In this document: positions 1 through 11,131 of the stretch, in pieces
How positions within the stretch are numbered: the first letter of the stretch is position 1
How the letters are laid out: each line of letters opens with the position of its first letter
NCBI GenBank assembly: GCA_026936335.1
Contig: JAPMXV010000027.1
Location: forward strand, 62,001-126,000
Direction: 5' to 3'
Source: Mantamonas sphyraenae STR306
Taxonomy: Eukaryota > Protista > CRuMs
Length of the DNA: 64,000 nucleotides
Notes under the pieces: generated by a model
What the model was told of the DNA's origin: nothing
The model's input: only the letters and a program-made list of their open reading frames with translations
Databases searched by the model: none
Translations under genes and position numbers: made by a program

Positions 1-596
1 GTTTGAATCGCAACACCAGCGGCGACAGCACCTCGGAGCAGGAATCACCGCGACCGGATATGGATGAAACCGAAGTGGATGGCAAACTGCTCAATGTGTC
101 CGATGCCGAGCCTCTGGACAGCGAGCACTCTTCGTCGTCGCTGGGCGATCCAGGCACACCAGAGGTGATCCGCCGCGTGCAAGAGGAAGGAGAAAAGGTA
201 CAACAGGAGGAGGAAGAGCGCAAAAGGAAAGCATCGGCATCATCCACAGGGGCAACAGCGGCAGCAGCAGCACTGGCAGCAGCAGCAACTGAAGAGCCCT
301 CCAGCAGCGGGCTGCGACAGCGTACTGGAGGGCACGTTGAGACTGAAAAGGACACCGAGGCAAAGAGGAGCTCAGAAAAAGGCTCAAACAAGGGCAAGGG
401 CACGGAGAAAGGGTCTGGCAAAGGTAAAGGGAAGGGAAAGGGCAGCGAGAACAAGAAAGAAGAGGGAGCACAGGAGGCACAAGTGACCACAAGTGCAAGC
501 AACAGTTCGACAGGGCCATTGTTGGTGCTGTTGTTGCTTTCATTGGCAGCGCTGGGAGGCGCTGTGGCGACCGGGTTGCTTCCGGCAAGTGCGTGA
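1..596 (+). CDS. 3' part of an unknown protein: acidic/Lys-Gly-rich disordered tail ending in one C-terminal hydrophobic helix (tail-anchored membrane protein)
   Basis: Frame is open from the window edge to TGA at 594-596. It ends in PLLVLLLLSLAALGGAVATGLLPASA. Confidence 0.6.
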   Translation, partial: LNRNTSGDSTSEQESPRPDMDETEVDGKLLNVSDAEPLDSEHSSSSLGDPGTPEVIRRVQEEGEKVQQEEEERKRKASASSTGATAAAAALAAAATEEPSSSGLRQRTGGHVETEKDTEAKRSSEKGSNKGKGTEKGSGKGKGKGKGSENKKEEGAQEAQVTTSASNSSTGPLLVLLLLSLAALGGAVATGLLPASA

Positions 597-613
597 CGAC
601 GAGCACGCTTCTT

Positions 614-1710
614 TCATTGGTCCTTCTTCGCTGTGGCCGAGTCGGCGTCGTCCACAGCAGCGGGAGCCGTGGAGGTGGAGGTGGAGGTGGAAGGGGTGGG
701 AACAGGGCTGCGGTTGCCAAAGAGGCGGCCGAGCACAATGCGGTTGAAGAGAGTGGAGACGTCAAAGATGTGAAGTCGAGCGGGGAGGGCGCGGTGGTGC
801 TCCTTGAGCTTGCCTGGCGTGGCGTAGGCTGCCAGTACAATGAACACGGGAAATACAATGGCGTAGAAGCCATCGCTGACAAAGGTGGGGAAGAAATAGG
901 AGAAGGCGGTGCAGGGCAAGCCGAACCCCAGAAAGTACTCCCAGCGCTTTTCGATGTATCGGATGCGCCTCTCAAAGGTCCACATTTGTGCAGACCACAG
1001 GTATTCGAAGCTGTAGTAGGCGTAAAGGTAGGAAAAGAGGAGAAAGGCCAGCAGTGAGCCCAGGCGGGGGATAAAGCCGACGACAAAGACCTGCACGAGA
1101 TAGCCGATTACGACCATCATTCGGTAAATCTCGCCGCTGAGCATATCGCGTACGCTGTGTGTGTGGAGCAGGGCGGGAAGAGGGGCATGGGAGGGGCATG
1201 TGGGATGCGCTGTGTGAGCGTGTGTGACGTCATTTTTGGACGGTAGAACGAGGCCAAGGCACACACGTACGACAGGTAGGCCTCTGTGGGTTTGTCGTAC
1301 ATGTGGGTGTACGTCTCATTGGCAATCTCTTGGTAGAACTGGGTGTTGAGCACAAAGCTGAGGATGTACACGGGCAACACCCAGAAGATGGTGAAGAGGA
1401 GGTGGAAGGTAGAGTCAAACACGGCGGCGGCACGCTCCTGATTGGCAAGCGAAAGAATCCAGTGCATGGCAGGGATGACCACGAGGCGCGCCAAGGCCAT
1501 ACTGCCGAGAAAGATGACGCCGTTGAGGAGGATGCAGCGCAGAAAGAGAAACTTGAGCTTGTGATGGTCTCGCAGCAACTCGACCAGCTTGCCAAAGTTG
1601 AGGGCGTCGCTTAGGCCATTTCCGAGCAGGGTGAGGTGGAGTTTGAGGCGGTACGGAAGTGTGTAGGTTGTGGTCTTGCGCGGGGGCGCAGGATCCACGT
1701 GATCTGCCAT
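614..1710 (-). CDS. EI24: EI24 (etoposide-induced 2.4 / PIG8) family multi-pass ER membrane protein; 2 exons (1710-1271, 1154-614)
   Basis: Motifs CILLNGVIFLGS, FWVLPVYILSFVLNTQFYQEIA, YAYYSFEYLW, RIRYIEKRWEYFLGFGLP. Intron 1270-1155 (GTACGT...CACAG, phase 2) joins ORFs 1117-1878 and 614-1264. Confidence 0.85.
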
Positions 1711-1836
1711 CTGCGGGGAGTGTTTGGGCTTTGTTTGGCCCCCGCGCTGCACCTTCAAAACTATTTTGGATCGTCGTCGACGTCTGCAGCCAGTCTGTCC
1801 CACGCATTCGTTTGAGCAAACACATAGTTTGGGATC

Positions 1837-4800
1837 ATGGGCTGTGGACAGAGCACAAGCAAAAGCAACAAGACGCACCCGGAGAACGGAGGCGGCGCAG
1901 GGGCGTCGTCGTCCGACGGCCTGCAGAAGCCCAGCGGAGTCACACGGGACAGCGGGGCGGCACGTGGAACGTCACAGTCACAGGATGGCTCGACTCCATC
2001 CAACACCTCTGTGGATTCGATCTCACAAAGCATGCGTGGCCACACGCTCTCTCAAGATTCACCACCCAGCGGACACAGCAACAACCACGGGAAGAAGGTG
2101 CTTCAGGCCACACTGGCAGACGACGGCAACCCTAGCATTGTGTTGCCCAGCCTGGGTCCGTTGGATCCGCGCAACAGCTCGGACAGCCACGGCCGGTCGA
2201 GCGGACAGGCCAACGGCTCGCCCGGCTACGATTTCTCGCATCTGGGCGCAACACTGATGGGCGCCAACGCAGCGGACAAGGTGAGTGTGGGGCAGAGTAC
2301 GGGTCGATGTGCATGCAAACACACACACACAGGTCTGTGCGTGTGTGTGGCTCGTGAGAGTGTCAGCGTGTGCGCACGGCGGCTTTTGGCGAGGGATGGC
2401 CGTTTTGTGTGGTCCGTGCCTTTCGCGGCGCCCAACCGACTACTGACACGGAGCGATGGCCCTGCGCTCGCAGTTCCTGTCGCTCAAGAGCGGAGGATCG
2501 CTGGCGGACAGCAAGAACAACATCCAGGTGTGTGTGCGTGTTTGTCCTCCACGGGAATACGACGAAGCATCGTTCAACACAGGGTTGCTTTGCGCGTTCA
2601 TTCCTGCCGTCGACGCGAGCCTGCGCAGCACATCGCACAGCTCGCGCAATTCCATGTCGGGCACCCCCGTGGACCTGGTCTCTGCAGCCAGTGGCTCGGA
2701 TTCGCCCGTGAATGGGCCCGTGAGTGCCGGCGACGAACTGGTTCACTCGGCTTTGTACTTAACCAACCCGGCCAAGGAGTCGACTGTGTCGTACGCGTTT
2801 GACAACTGCTTCTGGACGGGCCAAAGCAACGCATCGGAGAACAAACACATGTACCGGGCCAAGGTGGCCAACGCAGACACCACGGCTCACGCGCAAATGT
2901 GTGCGCAGTTGAGCAAGCGGCTGTTGACAGAGTATGTGCACGGGTACAACGTGTCCCTGGTCACGTACGGCTCTTCAAAGACGGGCAAGTCCATGTCGCT
3001 GTTTGGCATGTCGCAGGGAGAGCCCTCACCACGCATAAGCGTGGGCCAACTTGCACATCTGCTTCCCAGCGACAATGAGGCGTTGCTGGATGCAGGGCGT
3101 GCATATGGCGTGCTGCAGCACTTTGTGCATGGCTTGTTTGCAGTCACAGACTCGGAAACGCGCGTGCTGGTCTCCATTTTCCAGGTGCTCGACGACAAGG
3201 CGGTGGATCTCATGAGTCCGTCGTCGCCACCTGCGCAATTCCACAGCAACCACCTCACATCGCACGAATACACTGGCCAGACCATTGTCGGGCTGACAGA
3301 GTCACGCGTCCGGTCGCCAGACCACATGCACGAGCTGATTGTGCAGGCGCAGCAGGTGCGAGCTGTGTACAACGCAGACCTGGCAACCCCGAGCCATGCT
3401 GCTTCTGTGTTTGTCAAGTTGAACATCCACGGCAGCGAACGCAGCACACAGGCCATGTTTGCAGACCTGGGCAGCTCGGATGCAGTGTACAGCACGCGGC
3501 AGGCGTTTCAGATGTCGCACGGCACAGCGCCGATCACAGGCATTCCCGCGGTGCGCAACGTGGTGCGTGCTCTGGCCAAGGTCAAAAACTCACACAAGAA
3601 GATTGCCATCCCTTACAACGACTCGATGCTCACCTTTTTGCTGAAGCAGGCGTTGGGAGGCAACAGCAAAACTGTGTGGCTGGCTGCCATCTCGCCGTCG
3701 GCTGAGGACTACACCGAGACTCACTCGACACTACAGTACGCCAACCAGATCAAAAAGATTGTCAATAACCCCGTGGCGCCCACTGAGGTGCCCGAACCCA
3801 TGGGTCTGCACGCTCTGGCCGATTCGCTCAAGGAACGCATGGAGAAAATCGACGACCAGCAGTCGTATCGCGATCTGCAAACCAAGGCCATGTTTTACGA
3901 GTCGGTGGCCTCGTCGCTGGAGAGTTCCTTGGACACTCTGGACAAGCTGACCCAGGCCGTGGCAAGGCAGCGAGCCACCTTTTTGCAGGTGGCAGGCATC
4001 GATGTGCCCTGCGACGATGCTGTGCTCGCGCTCTCCAACGCACGCGTGGCACTTGTCAACCTGCACCCGGACGCGTCGCTGAGCGAAGTGTTGCACTTCC
4101 GTCTGAACATGGGCGTCACCGTGCTGGGACTGGAGGACCCCGAGCGAGAGAAGCGGGTTCGATCCAACAGGAAGCCATCGCGCTCGCATGTGTCCAAGGT
4201 GGCACAGCTGGACGTGAGCTCGGGAGACAAGAGCAGTGAGGGCAAGCGTGTACGCGGAGCGGTCGAACGCATCCCGCTCACCGGCGCAGACATTGCGTAC
4301 AACCACGCGCTGCTGGAGCGACGCATCCGAGCGGGCCATTACCGCGGCGAGGACGATCGATTCCACTCGCCCGATGAGCAGTTGTCCATCTACCCGTTGG
4401 ACGGACAGGTGTATGTCAACGGCGTTCGCATTGGCGGATGGACACGTCTTCGGCCGTATGATCGCATTATGGTGGGCATGACGCACTTTTTCCGAGTGGA
4501 GATCACCGAGGACTCGCAAGGAGGCAACGACGAAGGGTCAAAGGCGTCCTCCTCCTCCTCGTCCAAACACTCGTCACTTGTGGAGCAGGTTGAGCAGCAG
4601 CTGTTGCGGCGCACAGACAGCGAAGGAGTGTGGGATGCCCAAAACAACGAGGTCCACATGGACGACTCGCTGGGTCAGCTGCCAGACGAGGCGCTGTTCA
4701 ATATTCTCGGACGCTTGAGTGCAGGCGAGCTGATGGGCTTGTTTCCGCTAAACTCGCGCTTCCAACGCGTTGTGTGCCCACGCTACACACGCGTGGTGGC

Positions 4801-7800
4801 CGGCGATTCACGTCTGGTCACCGTCAGGTTTGCCTTGCGCGAGCTGCTGAGCAAGCAACAGTTTCAAGGCGTGCAGATGCCGAGCTTGCTGGAAAACACA
4901 AACGTGGGTGCGTCGTCGTCGTCGTCTTCGTCGTCGATGTCATCCTCATCGTCGTCCTCATCAAGCAGCCGTTCGCGTAACCAATCTTCCAATCACACAC
5001 TGAGCACAGATCCAGTGCACGAGGTACCGTGGCTGCTTCTGAACGACGTGTGGGCAGACGGAGACGACGATGTGCTGTGGTCATCGTACGAGCGCAAACT
5101 GTTGCACATCAACGTCAAGACGATGCACCAGCAGCTGAACGTTCTGCGACAAAAGAGGCTGCTGTACGGAGCAGACCCGCTGTCGCCCTTTAGTGTGCAG
5201 ATCATGCAGAAGCTGAAGGAGGTGAAGGACAAGTTTGGTCCGTTTGAAAAGCAGTGGCCGAGGTTTCGGGCAAAGGAGATGAGTGAACGGCTTGCGTTGG
5301 AGCGCGAGTTGATGTGCACCTTGCCGGCTGTGTTTGCAGGCTCGCAAATGGCCCAGCGCATGGACAAACACCTCAATAGCAGCTACTACGCACAGTTTGC
5401 GCTTGTGGGCACTCGTCGTACCCTCAAAATCAGCCGCGAGGCTCTGAAGGCAGGCATCTCGGGAGACGACAGTGCGGCCGTGTTGAGGGAACACGTTTCA
5501 CAGCTGTGCTCCACTGGCAGCTGGTTCGACCTGCACGTGCGAGCCACACGCAACTTTGTCAACCGCAGCGCAGATTGGCAGGTGGGCGAATTCTTGCTGG
5601 CCATGGACGCGGTGCGAACGCAGTACCACGAGTATTTGGCCGGGCTTCACGGTGTGGCCAAGAACAAGCGGCAACTGCGACAAGCCAACGACTCATCCAG
5701 CAACGGCAACGGGTCGTCGTCGTCGTCGTCGTCATCGTCGTCTCTCTCTACAGAATCGGACCCACTGTATGTGGCGCCAACCACGACACGCGTGGCGGAG
5801 ACGGCCGTATCGTTGATGGCCATTTCACATCTGCTGGACGTGGACCACACCAAGGCTGGCGTAGAGCTGTTGGGTTTTGACGACCGTTCGTACGGCGTCT
5901 TGCATGTGCGCGTGGTGCCTGTGGTCTCGAAGGAGCTGGAGATGATTGAGGATCCCACAGATCTGGTGGGCTATCCCATGCGCATCGAGGTGCACATCAA
6001 CAAAGCGCAGCGACTGCCAAAGGACCTGCGCAACCGCAGGGTGTATCTGGAGTACCGGTTTGGGGAGAGCACACAGTATGCCATGCAACGCGTGGAGCCC
6101 GTGTCGCGCATCGAGGACGGGCTCGTGATTTTCGATCACCGGTACACGCTGCACATTGACACGGTGACCACCGAGGTGCTGGCATACCTGCAAACCGAAT
6201 TTCTGACGATCACACTTCACGTGAGGGAAGCTGTCGTGTCGCAGAAGCCCGCGCTTGACCTGCTCCAACAACGCCAGGCCATTGCGTCGCCAAAGGCACG
6301 CTCGACGGCGATCATCGACAAGGTGCACGCCAAGTCGACGGAACGGCTGAACGGAGCGTTGACGTCGCGAAAGCGAGCAAGCAGTGTGTATGGACTACAT
6401 GGCTCGAGCAAGGCGGTGGACAAGCAGACAGGCTTTGTGGTGTTGGATCTGGAGAACTTGCAACGGAACCGGGCGGTGGACACGAGTCAAGACGAAGGTC
6501 AGGGATGGTTTGTGAATGACAACGGACAAAACATGGGCAGGGTGCACATGCGCATTGTGCCCGTCGAAGACGACAACGAAGAGTTGGCGGCCGAGGTGGA
6601 CTTTGCCGAGCAGCTGCTGGGTCTGACGCTTCACTACCGCATCGAAATTGTGGCATTGACCGATCTGCACGAATCGCTTGTGGGCCACCCGCTGCTCATC
6701 CGGTTTGCATTCCATACGCTGGGAAACGTGATTTCGGCTCCGTTCCTCGGCTCTACGGGTCGCATCGACATCAAGAAGCGCACCGTATTGAGTTTGTTTA
6801 TTGTGGCTCCAGACTTTATCAACTTTCTAAAGGGGTCGTTGCGCGTGTCGCTGATGCTCTGTCCAAGCAAAATGGATGTGATTGAGGAGGCGATCGCAGC
6901 GGCAGCCGTGGCAGCAGAGTCTGGACCGACGATTTCGCCCAGTGCGAGCAGCGAACGGGTGCCGGGCAAACCCAAGTCGTCGTTTCTGGGGGACGCACCA
7001 CAACTGACAGGGTCGCCCAGCCTTGTGCGTGGGCGTGACGACGTGGCCCCTGTGTCGGACAGGCTGGATGACTCACCCACAGCACATGCAATCCGAGAAC
7101 GCGAAGCAAAGCGAAACGCAGACCGAGAAAGGGTGCGGCAGGAACAGGAAGAGAAGCAGCGGCAGGCAGAGGCCGAGAGGAAACGAGCAGCTGAGCGCGA
7201 GCGACAGAGACTGGCGGAGGAAGAGCGCGTGCGTGCTGCGGAGCAACAACGTGAAGCCGAGCGGGTTCGCAAGCAACAGGAGGAGCAGGCGGAGCGTGAT
7301 CGTGTCGAGAAGGAGCGCGTGCGAGCCGAGCAAGAGCGGCTTAGGCTGGCGGCAGAGGCAGCCATTGGCGACGATGTGGGATCCAGTGCAGACTTGGACG
7401 GTGGCATCGGATCTTCGCTGCGACAGGTGAAGGACGTGGAGGAGGAAGACGCGGTGATGATGATCGAAACGCCAACACCGCGAGGGTCGGGCCCAAACAC
7501 ACTGGCAGCGCCGTCCGTTGACGACGGCGAGGAGGAAGACGTGGGTCTGACTGTGGAAGACTTGCCGGAGGAGCTGCCAAGCCCGGCAGAAATCGAAGAG
7601 AACAACCGCAAGAAGCGGATGGCAACTCTGCGCAAAACGCCGCGCAACGCAGGAGCGCCCGAGGCCATGCGCGGTGTGCTTGTGGGCTTTGCGATGATGG
7701 ACCTCTTTGAATTGTCGTACAACATCGAAAGTACGGCGGTGTTGCCTGTGATGGCGGCGGGCAAGGACGGCATGGCAACACAGGAGCGTGTGGGCTCGCT

Positions 7801-10324
7801 GGCAGCCAGGATTGTGCCTGTGTCCGAGACCGGGTTGTCTGCCGACGAGGACATCAGTCTGTTGGTGGACGACTCTGAGGAGCTGTTGGGCCGGCGCACG
7901 GACTTGATCATGCACTTGTACGGACTGGGCGAGATGTCGGAGAAGTTGCAGCCGCACCAACTGTACGTGCAGTACCAGTTCCACGGGGACAAGAAAGTGC
8001 AGAGCACTGCAATGAGCCAAGTCGGAGTCAACAGCTCGCTGAGTGCCGAGTTGTCGGTGACCCACGAGCTGGATTACGAACGTGTGCTGACGTTCCATCT
8101 GGTGAACCAGAAACTGTTGCAGTTCTACTCACGACCTCTGATGTTCAAGGTGTACCGGGACGGCGAGCCCGAAGCGGAGCCGATGAAACTGGCGCCAGCG
8201 CTTCCGACGCTGCTGCCAGCGACGCCTGGAACGGCCGGCGTGGCACTTGCAATGCCGCTGTCAGGCAGCTCAGAGGGCAATGGAGGCTCGGCACGCAAGC
8301 GACGCGGGTCGATTGTGGTGCGCGAGAGCAGTGTGCTGGACATTGGTGTGCCGCAAGGAGTGCAGGTACGAACGGAGGACAGGCGGAAGCTTGGTGTGGC
8401 TCAGGTAGAACTGAGCATTCTGGGCCATATGTTGCCGCTGGAGATGGGGGACCACGGCGTGGCTGTGTTTGACACGAGTGGCTTTGAAATCGGAACGCTG
8501 CACCTGAGCATCACGCCGCTGAACTCGTTTGGCAAGAAGGATGAATCGCTGTTCTTTGACGAGCCATCAGAGATGCTTGGACAAGCAGTGAACCTGCTGG
8601 TGGAGGTTCAGGCGCTGAAGGGAGTGTCGTCGCGGCTGAGTGGCAGCCAGCTCTTCCTGGAATACCGATTCTTTGGGGACGAGCGCCCAGTGTCGACGCA
8701 ATTCTTCACAGTGATGGAGAACGGCAAGGCCAAGGTGGAGTACAAGCGCATCTTCCACATGGACAAAGCGTCGCAGGACTACATCGAGTATGTGTGTGGC
8801 AGCACGCTGCAGCTGACGCTGTGGCGTTACATGGACGGGTCGGAAGAGGTTGTGGGCAGGCTGGTGCGAGCGAGCAGCAAGGAAGAGGTGGAGAAGCTGG
8901 TGCAAGCGGTGCCAGATGGATACAACTACGCAGGCAGTGGGCAGATGAGCATGGTGGGACTGAGCTTTGGCCTGGACATCGAGGAGGAGGTGAGCGTGGT
9001 GAACCTGGACGGAAAAGTGCTGCTTCGGGCAAAAATGGCAGTAGTGCCGGTCAAGGCAGACTCGGAGGAACAGGACGAGGACGTGATGGTGGAAGACGAG
9101 TCGGAGCTGGTGGGGATGAACATGACGCTGCGGTTCAAGCTGCACGACGTGGTGTTGGAGGCGCAGAAGCGAGAGTTTTACGTGGAGTTTGCATTCTTTT
9201 CATTTGGAAGCATGCACAGCAAGGTGTTTGAGCCCGAGGCTTCGTCATCATCAGCCATGGAGCAAGTGTGGAAGGTGCGGGTGGACAAGGTGACAAACAA
9301 CTTTGTAGAATACCTGCAGACGGGCAATCTGCGTGTGCAACTGTTTGAGAAGCCTTTGGAGGCAGCAACGCCTGTGCGCGGATCGCTGGCGAGTGTGGGC
9401 GGCGGAGACAGGCTGCTGGACGTGGGCGGGAGCGGTACCAGCGCGGTGCGTCTGAGCGGATCGAAGCAAAGCACAACACTTGCGTCGTCGTTGAGGCAAG
9501 AGATGACGCTGGACGATCAGATGAGCAAGGAGGGATGGGAGCTGATTGGTCTGTGTCCACTGTACCTGGACGCACTTTCGTTCAACATCGAAATCGAAAG
9601 TACGGGGGGATTCCGAATTATCAACTCGTCAGGAGACGAGGTGGGCAACCTGGAGGTGGAAATCACCCCGGAGGACGACGAGCTGGTGGTGGATGACCCG
9701 TCGGAACTGCTTGGCAAAGAGCTGCACTTTCTGCTGACAGTGTTTGGCATGAACAGCCTGAGCAAAGAGGTGACGGAGGAGTTCAACGAGTATGCCGTGC
9801 GGTACACGTTCTTTGGAGACACAGAGGCGCATTGGACGGGAGCGAGCCATGTGTCGTCGAGCAAAGACTTGGGATTCCCGCGGTTCAACTACGACCACGA
9901 ACTGGACATCGAGAGCGTGGACGGCTCGTTCCTGGAGTTTACAAGCACGCCGATGAACATGGAAGTGTACGGACGCAAGGTGGATGAGGTACGAGTGCAG
10001 GACGCGTACTACGACGAAGAGGACGAGGAAGAGGAGGAAGCGGAGGAGCATGATGGGGAGCCACACCTGAGCCCAAGCAAGGGTAAAGGGCCGAGAAGGT
10101 TGTCTGTGAGCGCAAGTGCCCCCTTGCTGGCTGGGCTGGAAGACGGGAGCAGTGGGCGAGGGAGCGGGCGTTCGGTGCGCTTTTCGGACCGCAACATGCG
10201 AGGCAGCACGTCGTTGGCAGACGGACAGTCGCAACATCGCGGATCGCAAGGATCTGCAGGCAGTGGAGGAAACAAGCGGAAGGGCAAACGCAGGCGCGGA
10301 GCGAAACGGCGCGGCCCGCGCTGA
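1837..10324 (+). CDS. Giant kinesin-3-related protein: MGC acylation motif, degenerate motor, FHA, F-box, coiled coil and six C2-like repeats; 2 exons (1837-2280, 2474-10324)
   Basis: Motor motifs VCVRV, YAFDNCFW, GYNVSLVTYGSSKTGKS, IPYNDSMLTFLLKQALGGNSKT, ETHSTLQYA. Kinesin-3 pre-FHA motif LVNLHPDASLSEVLHFRL and FHA VYVNG..I.....L...DRIMVG..HFFR. F-box-like SLGQLPDEALFNILGRL. Intron 2281-2473 (GTGAGT...TACTGAC...CGCAG, phase 0). Confidence 0.85.
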
Positions 10325-10352
10325 AGCGACCAGACCAAGGGCAATTCGGCGA

Positions 10353-11054
10353 ATGAGTGACAGCGAGCGTGTGGAGGGAGACGAGAAACAGGCAATGGAA
10401 GAGGATGTAGGCAGTGGCGCAATTGGTGAAAGTGATGGTGTGGAGGTGGCGGAGGGAGAAGACCAATCAAGCACGACCGAGGAGGAACGCGAGGCCGTGG
10501 AACAAAATGAGGATGATTCGGGGAAGGAGCAGTTGGGGGAAACGGAAAAACAAGACGGGAAAGATGCTTCAGGGGCATCGGGGGCCGAAGAGGAAGTGAG
10601 TGTGCAGGTAGAGGCGGGAGGAGAAGAGGGCGTTGCAGCGACGATTGGGGAAGGGATCCCATACGCCGAAGCTGCAGAGTTGGACAGCGAGGGGATGTCA
10701 GAGTTGTTTCTGGATCCACGCAACAGTGCACTGGCGGCAGAGCTTGTGCTGCAGATGGAAGCGGAGAGCAAGGCTCTGAGCCGGGAATTGGCAAGCCTGT
10801 TGTCGTCGCTGCGCGGGTCGCTGAACGCAGAGATGCAGGTGACGAACGAACACCTGACGGTGTACAAAGAGAGCGCAGAGAGGACGAGCGACTGCGTGAA
10901 CGAGGCCATCCAGAGTGCGCACCTGTTTGTGAGCAACGTGGTTCAGATGCACAAGGACATGGCGCCGATTCAGGAGATGGCAGCCAAGATCAAGCAGATC
11001 CGGAAGACTCTAGACGCGTTGGAGGTGCACGTGAACAAAATGAAACGGGCTTGA
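10353..11054 (+). CDS. BORCS6: BLOC-1-related complex subunit 6 (BORCS6/lyspersin)-like coiled-coil protein with acidic N-terminus
   Basis: C-terminal helix LLSSLRGSL...YKESAERTSDCVNEAI...MAPIQEMAAKIKQIRKTLDALE resembles the BORCS6 C-terminus. First in-frame ATG after the kinesin stop is at 10353. Confidence 0.65.
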   Translation: MSDSERVEGDEKQAMEEDVGSGAIGESDGVEVAEGEDQSSTTEEEREAVEQNEDDSGKEQLGETEKQDGKDASGASGAEEEVSVQVEAGGEEGVAATIGEGIPYAEAAELDSEGMSELFLDPRNSALAAELVLQMEAESKALSRELASLLSSLRGSLNAEMQVTNEHLTVYKESAERTSDCVNEAIQSAHLFVSNVVQMHKDMAPIQEMAAKIKQIRKTLDALEVHVNKMKRA

Positions 11055-11131
11055 GAGTCGGGTTTTGCAGAGGGTGGGCGCCGCCAGGCATGGTTTTCTC
11101 TCGCGCGCGCGCAGAGGCAGGAAGGAAAACG

